Shown in pieces: positions 1 to 12,709 of a stretch of 64,000 bases of DNA. The stretch lies in assembly GCA_043228905.1 (NCBI GenBank), contig JBHGNT010000014.1:9176001-9240000 (forward strand), written 5' to 3'. The position numbers were made by a program, and so were the translations under genes. Position 1 is the stretch's first letter, and each line of letters opens with the position of its first letter. Below the pieces are notes generated by a model. That model was not told the DNA's origin. It did no database searches and worked only from the letters and a program-made list of their open reading frames with translations. This DNA comes from Azolla caroliniana. Lineage: Eukaryota > Plantae > Polypodiophyta.

Positions 1-486
1 TCTTGATTGATTCCTTGTTTTCCTTGCCCCTCTTTATATAAGTGTTTCCATGCATATGGTAATGTATGGGAGCATGGCATGCATGCAATGCATGAGTTAC
101 ATGTAATGCATGATCGCCATTTGGCGCACATGTATTGCACGTGATGCATGGTATCCATCATGCTCACTTGAGCTCCCATGTATGAAAATAGATATGGGAT
201 AAGTATAATGATGAAAATGCATTCTAAAATAACTAACCTAGCATAGTGGTGTATACTTTGTGTTTGGCATACAAGGTTGAGAGTTCACGTCTCTCAATTT
301 TACTTAATACAATATATAGCTTCATTCTTATATCATGAAGCACATTTATTACACACTTTTACAAATAAATAGCCTCGCCTAGTGGTATGTACATTGTACT
401 TTGTATATAAGGATGTGGGTTCAAGTTTCTCAAATATTATTAAATACAACATTTAAGCTCATTTTTATATCGTGAAGCACATTCTT

Positions 487-3260
487 CACGACACCGGCAC
501 CAAACGTTAGTCTTGGCAGGAGTCGATATTTCGTCTCCTTCATCGACGACTATAGTTGGCACACATGGATCTACCTCATTGAGAGGAAGAGCAAAGTCTT
601 CGAATGTTTTAGAAACCTTCAAAGTTTAGTTGAACGGGAAATAGAGAGGAAGATCAAGTGTCTGCGGTCAGATGGCCGAAAAGAATACTTTTTCGGAAAA
701 TTCAACAATTATCTGCAGCAGAACGGAAGTAAGAGAGAATTCATCTATAGATACACACCGGAGAAAACGGTGTGGCCGAAAGGAAGAACTGGTCGATTGT
801 CGACACGGCAAGGGCAATGTTGGAGGAGAAAAGCATGCCCCATTTCTATTGGGTTGAGGCGGTCCGAACGGTTGTCTACATCCAAAACCGGATCGGTGAC
901 AAGGTGTTAGCACATGAGTTGTATTTCGGGCGGAAGCCAAATTTGAGACACCTTCGAATATTCAGTAGCATAGAATATGTGCATGTGCCGGATGAGACGC
1001 AGAGGAAGCTGGATCCGAAGTCGGAGAAGTGCATCCTAGTCAGCTACTCACATGAGCAAAAGGGGTATAAGTGTTATAACCCCCAGACTAAGTAGGTCCG
1101 AGTAAGCCGAGATGTTGAGTTTGATGAGACGGCATCATGGTACTCCCTACCGACTCCAACTCCCGAAGAAGACCTGATTCTGAAAGATGAGGCTAGTGAG
1201 CCCGAGGAGGTCCAAGCAGAAGATGAAGAACTCGTCACTCTAGAAGAGAGTCCGATCTCATTCTGGCTAAGTGGACTGAATGAGCGGCTAAGTCGGGATG
1301 ACCAGTCAGATGAGGAATCAGCGAGTAGTGAAAACTTTGTCGTGCTCTCCCTGTGCAAGGAACTGAGGAGACGGTTCACGTGCAAAGAGAAGGGGAAGAA
1401 GAAGATGCCGAATATGAAACTGGCAACATTGAGTCAGATCGGAGCAAATGTGATTCCGGAAAGGATGAAGGCGGATCTTCGGGACTGAAGTCCGAACCGG
1501 CCAAGAAGGGCCCCAAACCAGGTAACGACAGGTTACGCCGGTCATGCCGCTAGAAGAACCTCGTTACGCGATACGAGTATAATGACTACATGGCGCATCA
1601 GTATGCGTACATGACCAAAGTGGCGGAAGTGCGTGAGCCAGAGAGCTACGCAAAAGCGGCAAAGGACGCAAATTAGTGTGTCGCTATGGAGGAAGAAATA
1701 CGGGCACTAGATGCCAACGACACATGAGAACTTGTTGACCCTCCCCGACATTCTAAACTGATCGGTTGCAAATGGGTGTACAAGGTAAAGTACAATGCTG
1801 ACAGTTTGGTTAATCGGTACAAGAACTGGTTAGTGGCGAAGGGATACACACAGACCCACGGAATCGACTACGACGAGACCTTCACTCCGATAGAAAAGAT
1901 GATGATGGTTCGTGTGGTATTGGCGGTTGTTGCAGCGAGGGGGTGCCATCTTCACTAGATAGACATGAAGAATGCGTTTCTTCATGGTGACTTTGAAGAA
2001 CGAGTCTATATGATCCAACCTCCCGATTTTCAGTCGAAGATGCACAAGTCCGCAGTGTGCCGGCTTAAGAAGTTGCTTTACGGTCTAAAACAAGCCCCCC
2101 AAGCTTGGAATGCGAAGATCATGCACCGGTTGTGTAAGATGGGGTTTGTGACCTCTAAATCTGACTCATCATTGTTCATCCGGCAAGGTCCAGACAGTCC
2201 GGTTTGCATCTTACTTTATGTAGATGATTTAGTCATCACCGGACCCAGACTCAATGAAATCGGCCGTGTCAAGGCCCAGCTGTCGGAAGCATTTGAGATG
2301 AAGGATTTGGGGGACCTTCATTATTGCCTACGATGAGAAACGGTTCGGACAAATAGTCGGAAGCCTGATATACTTGACAATCACCCGACCCGACATCAAT
2401 TATCCGGTAAGTGTGATCAACCAATTCATGTCGAAGCCGACCGTGGAGCACCTTTAGTGCACGCATCGAATATTGCGGTATGTGAGCGTCATGAAGAACC
2501 GGGGACTATTATACCAACATGGTATAACTGAAGAGCTAGTCCGATACACAGATGCCGACTGGGCTGGTGATGCATCGGATCGCCGATCCACCTCCGGTTA
2601 CATGGTTTCTCTAGGTAGCGCGGTTGTTGTGTGGAGCAGCAAAAAGTAGCCAACAGTGGCTCTGTCGAGCATTGAGGCTGAGTATCAGGGTGCTACCAAT
2701 GCCACCTGTGAAGCCATCTGGCTTCGGAGACTGCTACGAGATCTCCAGATTAAGCCGTTGACCTTGATCCTAATCTACTGCGACAACATGAGTAGCATAC
2801 AGCTCACCAAGAACCCCGTATTCCATGCTTGAACAAAGCACACATGTGCGGGTCCTGAGCGGTGAAGTCAAACTTCGGTATGTTTAGAAGGATCAGCAGG
2901 TTGCCAACATCTTCACCAAACCACTCGGATCGGACAAGTTGCAACACTTCACCAACATGCTTGGTGTTCAGCATCTCGACGGGCCACATTTGAGGGGGAG
3001 AACGGGCATGGGCAAAGGCAAAGCAACTGCTGATGGCACCAGACAAGGAATCGGAAAGGGAAGAACCAACAAAGGGGGAGACAAGAGGAAAAAGGAAGCC
3101 GAGTCGACGAATGAAGTTGGCATATCCGAACAAGTCGGAACGAGCGGTAGCGGCGACAGAGTCAAGAAGGACAAAGCCGACCAGAAGGAGAAGGCCAAGA
3201 CCCGAACATGGTCTGATGTGGTTCGGGCCTGAAATCGGAAGATGAGTTGGAGAACATCGA
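487..3260 (+). mobile_element. Degenerate Ty1/copia (family A) internal fragment: integrase-RT-RNase H plus charged 3' extension; no LTRs seen
   Basis: ORF fragments AERKNWSIVDTARAML (integrase), KLDPKSEKCILV, KNAFLHGD and LLYVDDL (RT), YTDADWAG (RNase H); many stops and frameshifts; collinear with 46150-48820. Confidence 0.92.
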
Positions 3261-3469
3261 CGTCTTTTTGTTCCATTCCATTTTGTCTCCTTCTTTATCT
3301 CTGTCTTCATGCTCTCTCATTAATCCTAGCTTCCTAAGTTCATAGTCTCATCATTCCCAGGTTCTAGAGTTCCTAGCCTCGTCACTTCCAGGTCCATATT
3401 CGTAGCCTTATCAGTCATAGCCTCATCATTCATGCTCCATCATAGTCCATGGTTGGTGTGTCTGTGATA

Positions 3470-4121
3470 ATACCCCATCTTCACATAGTCATGGTCAATA
3501 GCCGTATATGATGAGAAGAATTCTCTATTGGGGGTCAAGTGAAATGACGCATCACAATCGACCACTTATGTCAATTCATCGCCATCAAGATTAATTTCAT
3601 TCTTTTCACCAATGAACAACAACTCCTCCTCACTCGTTGCGATGGCTGAGGTGTTCTTGGTGTCTAGAATCTTCTTCTATTCAACACCATCAACTCCCCC
3701 TTTGTCCTTCCGGTAGTGTCGATAATTCTTCTAGAAATGTCCTAGCGTCCCACAATAGAAGCACGTGCGCCTTAACTTCGACTTTGACCTCGGTTTGAAC
3801 CTATCCCTGTTTTGAGGACTTCTTTGCCTACCCTTTCCTCTATTGGAGTCACCTTTTGTGACTAGGACCTTATGGTCAGGGGTAGTCTCTTTTTCCTTTC
3901 ATCAAGCTTCTTCGTTTAGCAAGCTCGACTCTAGGTCATCTAAAGTCAGTTGTTTCCCATGTGCTGTAGAGACTCCAAAGGTCAACACAAGGGTCTCCCA
4001 ACTATCTGGAAGGGAGCTGATCAATAGTAAGGCTAGTACCTCGTTAGCTTGAGGTACTTCAAGAGAGAGTGTTTGATTTACGAGCCCTTGAAAGGCATTC
4101 AGGTGCTTAGCCCTGCTCGAG
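3470..4121 (-). mobile_element. Ty1/copia (family B, Tnt1-like) gag/zinc-knuckle remnant
   Basis: Minus strand reads TCFYCGTLGHF*KNYRHYRKDKG and EEELLFIGEK, matching TCFHCGKPGHFRKNCRHYRKD of the element at 50967-56334; ends where the LTR at 4122 begins. Confidence 0.75.
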
Positions 4122-4547
4122 TGTAAAAGAATATGTGCGGAAGCTTAACAAACACAATCGGGTAACAACACACAAAAGGAAAAGAGGATGAGGAAGGTTT
4201 AATGGAAAGCTTAATCAACACAGTGTACATGGGAGAGACATAGAGAGTAGAACACAGAAAACTCTTTTTCAAAACAATACTCTAAAAATCTGTACATAGG
4301 ATGTGCTTAGAGAGCACTTGTGTACAAGTCCATGCAGACTGACAGAAGTACAAACACGTACTTCAATGCTCATCATTGAGCCTCTACACTAATTCCCAAA
4401 ATATATTCCTCTGTGGAATATCTATCCAATGGCCTCTCGGTTTACGCACAACTATGACCTCTCGTTGCGCACCCGATTTACACACCCAGTCTATGCACTG
4501 GTTTATGCATTGGTTTACGCACCCAATGTTGATTTTGTATCTTAACA
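4122..4547 (-). repeat. 3' LTR of family-A copia (426 bp)
   Basis: Minus strand TGTTAAGATACAA...TCTTTTACA, preceded by PPT TTGAGGGGGAG (4548-4558); similar to LTRs at 44063 and 49303. Confidence 0.85.
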
Positions 4548-7500
4548 CTCCCCCTCAAACTCAACTTGAGGTTCGGCCTGCTCTTCTAGATCTTCGTTCC
4601 GGCTTCTCCTAGCTTCACGCCTCGCTCACGCTCCTCGACCCGTTCGATTCCGCGCGGCTCGACCCTTTCGGTCGACTTGTCTGCTCGTGCAACCTTTCTC
4701 AACTCCCTTGTTGTCGCAGTGTTGGTGCTTCTTCTGTTGCCCTTTCCTCTGCTTGGCCTTTAGTTGATTCGGCATCTCCTAATCGAACATTCGAACCGAA
4801 TCAACTATCTCTTATTCGTTTCCGCTCTTGCCCGAATTGGTGGTCTCCAATTCATCTTCTGTCTTCAGACCATTAACAACATTAGACCAAGTCTTGGTCT
4901 TGGCCTTCTCGCCCTTCTTGGCTTCATCTCCCTCTTGTCCGGCTGAATCTGGCTCTTCCCTTCGGTTGTTGCCCTTGTTTCCGCCTTCGGCTTCTTCAAC
5001 TGACCCGAAATCGAATTCGTCATCCGACTCGGCTTCACAATCACTTCCACTCCTTTCCTTCTCCATTTCCTGGTTTTTGCTCCCCCTCAAGGTCGATATC
5101 TCAAGGTGCGGCAAACCAAGTGCACCCAAGAATTGCCGCAACTTGATGAGACCAAGGGGCTTGGTGAAGATGTCGGCAATCTGTTGATCTGTCAGAACAT
5201 ACGCTAGTTCAACTTCACTGGAGAGGACACGCTCGCAGACAAAATGGTAGTGCACCTCAATGTGCTTGGTCCAGGCGTGGAAGACGGGGTTTTCCGCAAG
5301 TTGGATGTTGTTGAGGTTGTCGCAGTAGATTGTCATCGGAGCGGACACCTCCACCTACAGATCCTTAAGTAGCCTCTTGAGCCAAATGGCTTCGCATGTC
5401 CCAACAACCGCTCCTCGATACTCAGCCACCATTGCGGCATGCCAATTTGCATTCTTCGCCGCTTGTAGTAACTCTCCGGCTCACGCATTTCCGCCACTCG
5501 CGTTATGTATGCGTAATGATGCGCCATGTACTTGTTGTATCCAAACCATACCATGGCGTTCTTTTGGCGGGTGGATCGGCATAATTGCTCATTAGCCGAT
5601 TTGGAGGCCCTTTTGACTGACGCAAACTTCATTTCCGAAGGTCCATTTTCATTCTTCTCTAAGTCGGATTCGCTTCGATCCGACTCGTCTTTATCAGTGC
5701 CATACTATGGCATCTTCTTCTTTCCCTTCTCTTTGCACATAAGTCGTCTCCTCGACTTCCTGCGCAGGGATTGCACGGCCGAGTCTCCACTACTCGCCGG
5801 CTTTGCCTCTGACTAGTCATGGCGACTTAGTCACTCATTCAGTCCACTTAGCCTGAATGAGATCGGATTTAGAAGCTCCGATGTCACCTTTATCCCGAGG
5901 CATTTCAGCCTCGCTGACCTCTTCGTCAGAGATCGGAATGGAGTCGTCAAGGGTTGGAGGTGAAGGCAAGTACCATGACGCGAACTCGTCGAACACAACA
6001 TCACGACTTACGCTAGCTTGTTTGGTTCGGGGATTATAGCATTTATAACCCTTCTGTTTGTCCGAGTAGCCAACCAAGATACACTTCTCGACTTTGGCAT
6101 CCAACTTCCTCTGTTTCTCCATTGGCACATGCACATATGCGATGCTACTAAAAACCAATGTGCCATGTTCGGCTTCTTCTTGAAGTACAACTCATGTGGC
6201 AACACTCCTCCATTGGTAGATGCCCGATACTGGAGGTAGACAACTATTCTGATCGCTTCAGCCCAATAGAACTTTGGCAGATGCTTCTCTTCAAGCATTG
6301 TGCTTGCCACCTCCTCTATCGTCTGATTCTTCCTCTCGGCCAAGCCCTTCTGTTGCGGCGTGTATCTACAAGAGAATTTGTGTCGAATTCCCTCATTCTG
6401 TAGATAACTCGAGAACTAGTCAGAGAAGTACTCCTTCACGCCATCGAACCTAAGGCACTTGATCTTTTGCCCAGTTTCCCTTTCCGCAAGGCTCTTCACC
6501 TTCAAGAAACACGCGAAGAGTTCGCTCTTTTTTGCGATCAAGTACGTCCAAGTGTGACAAGTGACATCATCGATGAAGGTTACCAAGTAATAGCTTCCTT
6601 GGATGCTCACGTTCTATGTTGGTCCCCGTACATTCGAATGGATCACATCGGGCGGATTTCGACTCCGATTACGCTCATTGGGGAATGGAAGTTGGTGTTG
6701 CTTCCCGAGTTGGCAAGCTTCGTAGACTTGGCCGTTCTGTCCACTAAATTTCGGCAATACGAAAATGATGTTCCTTATCTGCATTTCACAAAGCCACAGG
6801 AAGTTAAAATGGCCGAACCGCTTATGCCATAGGTCAATGTCTATTCAACCTTCTGTCCTTTCGCAAAAAACGCAGTTCCAACTTCATTCGTGTTGAGGAT
6901 GAACATCCTTCCTTCTCGACGCCTTTGCGCAATGCCTTTGCCCTCTTCTTCGATGTAGCAACCGAGATGCGTGAATCGAACTTGCATCCCCTGGTCAAAG
7001 ATATGTCTGACCGAAACCAAGTTCTTGGTTATTGTCGGGACATGTAGCACGTTCATGACTTTCCCTTTCTACTTGACGTGGCTAAGGAGAACTTCTCTAA
7101 CATATTCGATGGTATGCGGAGTGTCGTCTCTAGTTTCGACCACTCCTTGTTTTTCTGGTTTCTCCAAGTACGAGAACCATTCCTCATGACTTGTCTTATG
7201 ATTTGACACTACACTCCGGAGTCAACATACCACACCTCGTTCGGTTTCGAGGTGTTCACCGCCATTGAGTTGGCCTTGTGCTTCATTACGAAAGTTGGGC
7301 CCGATCCATTTTCGGCTCGTTCAGAATCCTCAGCGTAGTGTGATCACTGTCGATTTCCTTTTTCGGTCCGTCCGGATCCGGATGCATTTTTCTCCAAATC
7401 GGCGCATTTCTTCCAGCACTCGCTCTCCTAGTGGCCTTTCCGTCCACAGTACCAGCATTCCACGACAGGTTTTCCTTGATGGTTTCCAGCACCGCCTCGA

Positions 7501-7560
7501 CTCCCCTGCTTCCGGAGGATCCGGAACTACTGTTGGCATTACGACCATCCCTTGTCCGCC
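4122..7560 (-). mobile_element. Ty1/copia (family A), 5'-truncated, RT deleted
   Basis: 3' LTR 4122-4547, PPT, RNase H (KHIEVHYHFV), integrase (6008-6610), protease (WYVDSG) and zinc knuckle (CWYCG) on the minus strand. Confidence 0.9.
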
Positions 7561-10500
7561 GACTACTGTTGGCTGATATCCCTTGGGATGATCAAGCGTT
7601 GATGGAGCAATTCCGTTATGGTTTACGCAACGACGTCAAGGATTTACTCTTGACCTTCCCCGAAGAGCCAAAGTCCTTAACAGAAGCAATCCGTCACGCG
7701 GTGAGATGTGACAACCGCCTCTTTGAGCGACGTTCGGAACGATAGCTACAGATGCCGAGGGCAAGATCAGAGCCCACCTACGCCTCAGTGGTAGCAAGAC
7801 CTTTTCCGAGGGAGTCATATAATGCGCCTCTAGAGAATACTCCAACTCTGATGGAGATTGACACTACACGTCGTCGAGGGCCATTTTCCGAAGAAGAAAA
7901 GCAGCGACGTCGTACAAATCGACTATGTCTTTACTGTGGTGGACCAGGACATATTGCAATAAATTGCCCCCATAGGCCAAGAAGACAGGTAAACCAAATA
8001 GTCGCTAGTTCTAATTGTACTAAACCCGAGCCTATTTCAGTAGGGATATATGATAGTCCTAATAGTACTAATAGCCCAAATCTAGCAAACAAATTTGATG
8101 TCCTTAGTCAGTTATAAGAAGAGTTAAATGACTAAGTCCAGCCAAAATAGGAGCCGTTTGGTTGGACAACCCTAGATCTGTGCAACCCATTAGTGGTTCC
8201 ATTCCCTCTAAGCAAGTTAGTGATGTGTTCGTAGCCCAAGTAATAGTTAGTACTAAAAGTACCCCTCCAGTACATGTCCTAGCACTCCTAGATTCCGGAG
8301 CTAACTCTTGCTTTATGGATAAGAAATTTGCTCAAGCTCATAAGATATCCCTAAGAAAACTCCAGTGTCCAGCCTCTGTAGTAGTCATTGATGGACGTCC
8401 CATTGCTTCCGGAAATATCATAGAAGAGTCAGAGCCCATTAATATTTTCCTAGATAACTTAGCATGTGTAATATCATTTAATATTATTAGTATCCCAGAA
8501 CATCCCATAGTTTTAGGATTATCATGGTTCAAGTTACATAACCCAAACATAGATTGGAGAACAAGAGAAATCCGGTGTCGACAAACCCAAGGGTCAACTC
8601 AGAAGATGGCAACCATTTCGTTATGTCAGTTGCGTAAAGAAGGGCACAAGGAGGAAATGTTCCTCTTTGCAATATCAGTAAACCCCTCCAACACCACTAA
8701 AGAAGGATCCACCGTTCAACTTCCCGAGAAGTATCATCATTACGCCAATGTGTTCGATAAAGTACAAGCCAACACACTTCCTCATCATCGATCATACGAT
8801 TTTGCCCCATCGATTTACAACCGGGAAAAGAGCCGCCATGGGGACCGATCTACAATCTGTCACCAACCGAGCTGGAAGTCCTTCGGGCCTATATAGAGGA
8901 GAATTTGGAAAATGGTTTCATCCGGCATTCGAAATCTCCAGCCGGCGCGCCCATTTTCTTCATCAAGAAAAAGAATGGATCGCTTCGTCTTGTTGTAGAT
9001 TACTGTGGCCTGAATAAGGTTACAATCAGGAATAGGTATGCTCTTCCCCTTATCTCAAGTCTTTTAGAACGGATCAATGGTGCCAGGTTCTTCACGAAGA
9101 TCGACTTACGGGGAGCATATAACCTCGTACGGATCCGACCAGGAGACGAATGGAAGACCGCGTTTCGCACCAGATATGGGCACTTCGAGTATACGGTCAT
9201 GCCGTTCGGCCTCACTAATGCACCAACAATCTTCTAGCACATGGCTAATGATATATTCTGAGATCTATTGGATGATTGTTTGATCATCTATTTGGATGAT
9301 CTACTGGTTTATTCAAAGACCCAAGAAGAACATGATTCTCATGTACTATTAGTACTAAAACGACTTCGAGAACATGGTCTGTATGCAAAGCTGGAAAAAT
9401 GTAGTTTCGGGTGCAACCAAGTGGAATTTCTCGGCTACATCATTTTGTCAGAAGGCATCTCCATGGACCCAGCTAAGGTCAAAACGGTGGTAGAATGGCA
9501 AACTCCACGTTCGGTGCGGGATGTGCAATGATTCCTAGGCTTTGCCAATTTTTACTAGAAGTTCATACAAGATTACTCAAAGATCATTCTACCTCTCACA
9601 CAACTTACCAGGAAGGGACAACCGTTCATTTGGTTTGAAGAAACGGACGTGGCTTTTGAGAGTCTTAAAAAGGCATTTACATCGGCTTCAATTCTAGCTC
9701 ATGTCGATCCGGAAAAACCATTTATTATCGAAGGTGACGCATCGGATTTTGCATTGGGGAGCATTCTGTCACAACAGGGGAATGATGCGAAGCTACATCC
9801 TGTGGCTTTTCACTCACGCAAGTTTGACGCCGCCGAAATCAACTACGAAATTCATGATAAGGAGTTATTGGCAATAGTGGATTCTTTTATGCAATGGAGG
9901 CATTTTCTGGAGGGATCCTCTCATCCGGTCACCGTATTTAGTGACCACAAGAACCTTGCCTACTTTCAGGATGCTCGTGTGTTGAATCGACATCAAGCTC
10001 GGTGGGCCCACTTCCTAACGCGTTTTGACTTCAAAATTACATATCATCCGGGGAAGCACCAAGGGAAGGACGATGCATTATCACGGCGTTCGTACCTACC
10101 ACCCCGTCCCGACGAGCCAACTTTCGATAACCAAAAACAAGTCATCTTGGGACCGGCACGACTACAAGCAACAAAGATCTTTGACATGCCCATGGATTCC
10201 CGCGTTATCGATACCATACGCGAAGACTTGAAGACATATGCGTTCGCCCAAGCTATACTAGCACAAATTGATCCCTCTCGAGCGTCGTGTTCACAGTCGC
10301 AACCACCAAGTACGGACTATCGGCAATTCAAATACCATGATGGATTACTCTTCTTTAAAGAACTTTTGTATGTTCCTAATGGTTCTTGCCGCCTTCAAGT
10401 AGTACAAAACTGTCATGACACATATACAGTTGGGCATTTTGGTAGTACTAAAACGCTACATTTAGTACAACGATCATTCTGGTGGCCCTGTATGCGACAA

Positions 10501-11721
10501 TTTGTCGAAGATTTTGTTCGGACTTGTGATACATGCTGCAGAGCGAAAATGCCAAGGCATCATCCATATGGTTTATTAGAACCATTACCAATTCCAAGCA
10601 AGCCGTGGCAATCCATTGCTCTAGACTTCATCACAGATCTTCCAGTCTCTAAGGAGTTCAATGTGATTCTAACGGTGGTCGATCGATATACGAAGATGGC
10701 TCATTTCTTGCCATGTACTAAGGAGATCTCCAGTGAAGACATTGCCGAAATTGTCATGCGTGAAGTATGTCCGCATCATGGACTTCCCGATAGTATCATC
10801 AGCGACCGTGGACCCCAGTTCGTGTCAAAATTCTGGAAGCACCTTTTTAACATGCTCAAGGTCACTTGTAACCTCTCCTCCGGCTACCACCCACAAACCG
10901 ACGGCCAAGCCGAACGAACCAATCAAACACTGGAGCAATATCTGCGGTGCTTTCTTAGCTATCATCAGGATGACTGGGCAGATATTCTCCACTTCGCTGA
11001 ATTTGCCTATAACAACTCTATCCACGAATCCATGAAAGTTACGCCATTTTATGCTTATACGGGATGTCACCCTCGGTGGTGTGTACTTGAAACCCCAGAG
11101 GTGTCCACAAATCCTTGCGCAGAGGATCGTTTGGAGAGGTTACGCAAGATACAAGCGGATTTATCTACTCATCTCCAACAAGCTCAACAAACACACAAGG
11201 TTTATGCGGATCGTCATCGACTCCCATCTAGTTTTAACATTGGAGATCGGGTATGGCTACTCCGATGACACATCAAGACTACTCGCCCATGCGAGAAGTT
11301 GGATTATCGACGATTAGGTCCTTTCCGTATTATCGGAAAGATTAATGATGTCGCTTTTCGCCTTGATCTACCTCCACAACTTCGGATACATCCGGTGTTT
11401 CATAGTTCTCTCCTCGAACCCTATCAAGAAAGCACCATCTCAGGATGTATTACACAACCTCCACCCCCGATCGAGCTTGAAGATGGACCTGAGTACGAGG
11501 TTGCCGCCATCCTTGATTCCAAGCTTGTTCGCAACAAGCTCTACTATCTAGTCGACTGGCTAGGATATAGTCCCAGCGAGCGTACTTGGGAACCGATAGA
11601 GAATGTCACCAATGCTCGTGCTCTTCTTGAAGACTTCCATCGTCAATATCCAGACAAACCAGGTCCTCAATCCAAAACGACTCGTTACACTCGTCGTTTT
11701 AAAGGGAGGATAGTGTCATGA
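7560..11721 (+). pseudogene. Chromovirus gag-pol (disrupted)
   Basis: ORFs 7752-8117, 8162-8896, 8905-9237, 9268-9531, 9649-11268 and 11299-11721 are in gag-PR-RT-RH-INT-chromo order. Confidence 0.9.
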
Positions 11722-12007
11722 TATGGCAAGACTCGAACCCATGACCTTATACTACATGGGTTGAGCTCTCGACCATTAGACTATACATTGTAATATATAG
11801 AATATTATTTTCATTTATGTTTTATTATAGAAAATTGATGTATATTCCAGATTTCTCTGGAACATTCTAGAAACTTCAGGAGTATTCCTTAGAACACTAT
11901 AAAAGGAGGCACAAGGCATTATTTCGAATCAAATCGGTTCAACGCCAGTCTTAAGCCTCCTAGCTACTGTACATTTTCTTCACATAATATATATCTTTTC
12001 TTATCAT

Positions 12008-12066
<59 letters not shown>

Positions 12067-12177
12067 CCTCCCTCCCTCTCACTCACTCTTTCCTTCTCTC
12101 GAGAGTTCTTCACCTCTCTTAGTACTAATACTTCTTTTAGTACTAATTCCTTCTCTGTCTTAGTATTGTTCCTGACA
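11714..12177 (+). repeat. 3' LTR of chromovirus (464 bp) with TATA-like box and (CT)n
   Basis: TGTCA...TGACA termini after PPT AAAGGGAGGA; TATAAAA ~11898; (CT)n ~12011-12080. Confidence 0.8.
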
Positions 12178-12709
12178 CCACCAAGCCGGTAAGGGGGAGC
12201 ACGAGCCAGCAACTGGGGAAAGCATAACGACGGCAAACTGTCAAGAGGCCGGTAAGGTGCGCGTTTCGGGTAAGGGTCTGACAGGACCGGAGAAAAATTA
12301 AGCACACAATTTACTTTAAAAAAAAATAAAATCAAATAAAGGAGCGAATCAAATAAATCATGAAAAGGAGTGGTGGAAACGGCCATGCAAACGAGGAGTA
12401 AAGAGGCACGTCGAAAAAGTACGAGGGGCTATGAATAGGACATTAAACCACCGCCACATGGCACGCAAAGCTATTATAGTACACAACCTGCACATGCGGA
12501 GGTTCGAAAAAGGCGCCAAGATGCAGAGAGAAAAACCCCCACACATCGAGACCTTCTCCTATCGCGAACCAAGGAGAACAAATGCAGACAGACACGTGAA
12601 GATCAATCGTAGAGAGCTCGCACATAGAGAACCCCCTCCCTCCGAACTTTCTCTCTCACACTCTCCCCACCATCAAACCTCGCCAACGCTCTCCGACCTC
12701 GACGCAGAG

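Larger units (their letters stand above)
7560..12177 (+). mobile_element. Ty3/gypsy chromovirus (Tcn1/Sushi-like), 5'-truncated
   Basis: Gag with CLYCGGPGHIAINC knuckle, protease ALLDSGA, RT YLDD, RNase H DASDFALG, integrase with HHCC and ISDRGPQF, chromodomain YEVAAILD...YLVDWLGY; PPT ~11701-11710; 3' LTR. Clade name is inferred from recalled motif resemblance. Confidence 0.92.

Noticed and set aside
1-486. CATG-rich AT-rich stretch as an LTR of the first copia
   Set aside because: No similarity to the family-A LTRs and no PBS; the copia homology begins mid-integrase.
7770-7800. TYASVV motif resembling TWSDVV (copia tail) and GWVDVV (LINE ORF1)
   Set aside because: Too short to tell from chance without statistics.
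11964-12386. ORFs with poly-ER/LS tracts (also 26368-26720, 32443-32719, 35668-36880)
   Set aside because: Translations of (CT)n/(GA)n microsatellites.
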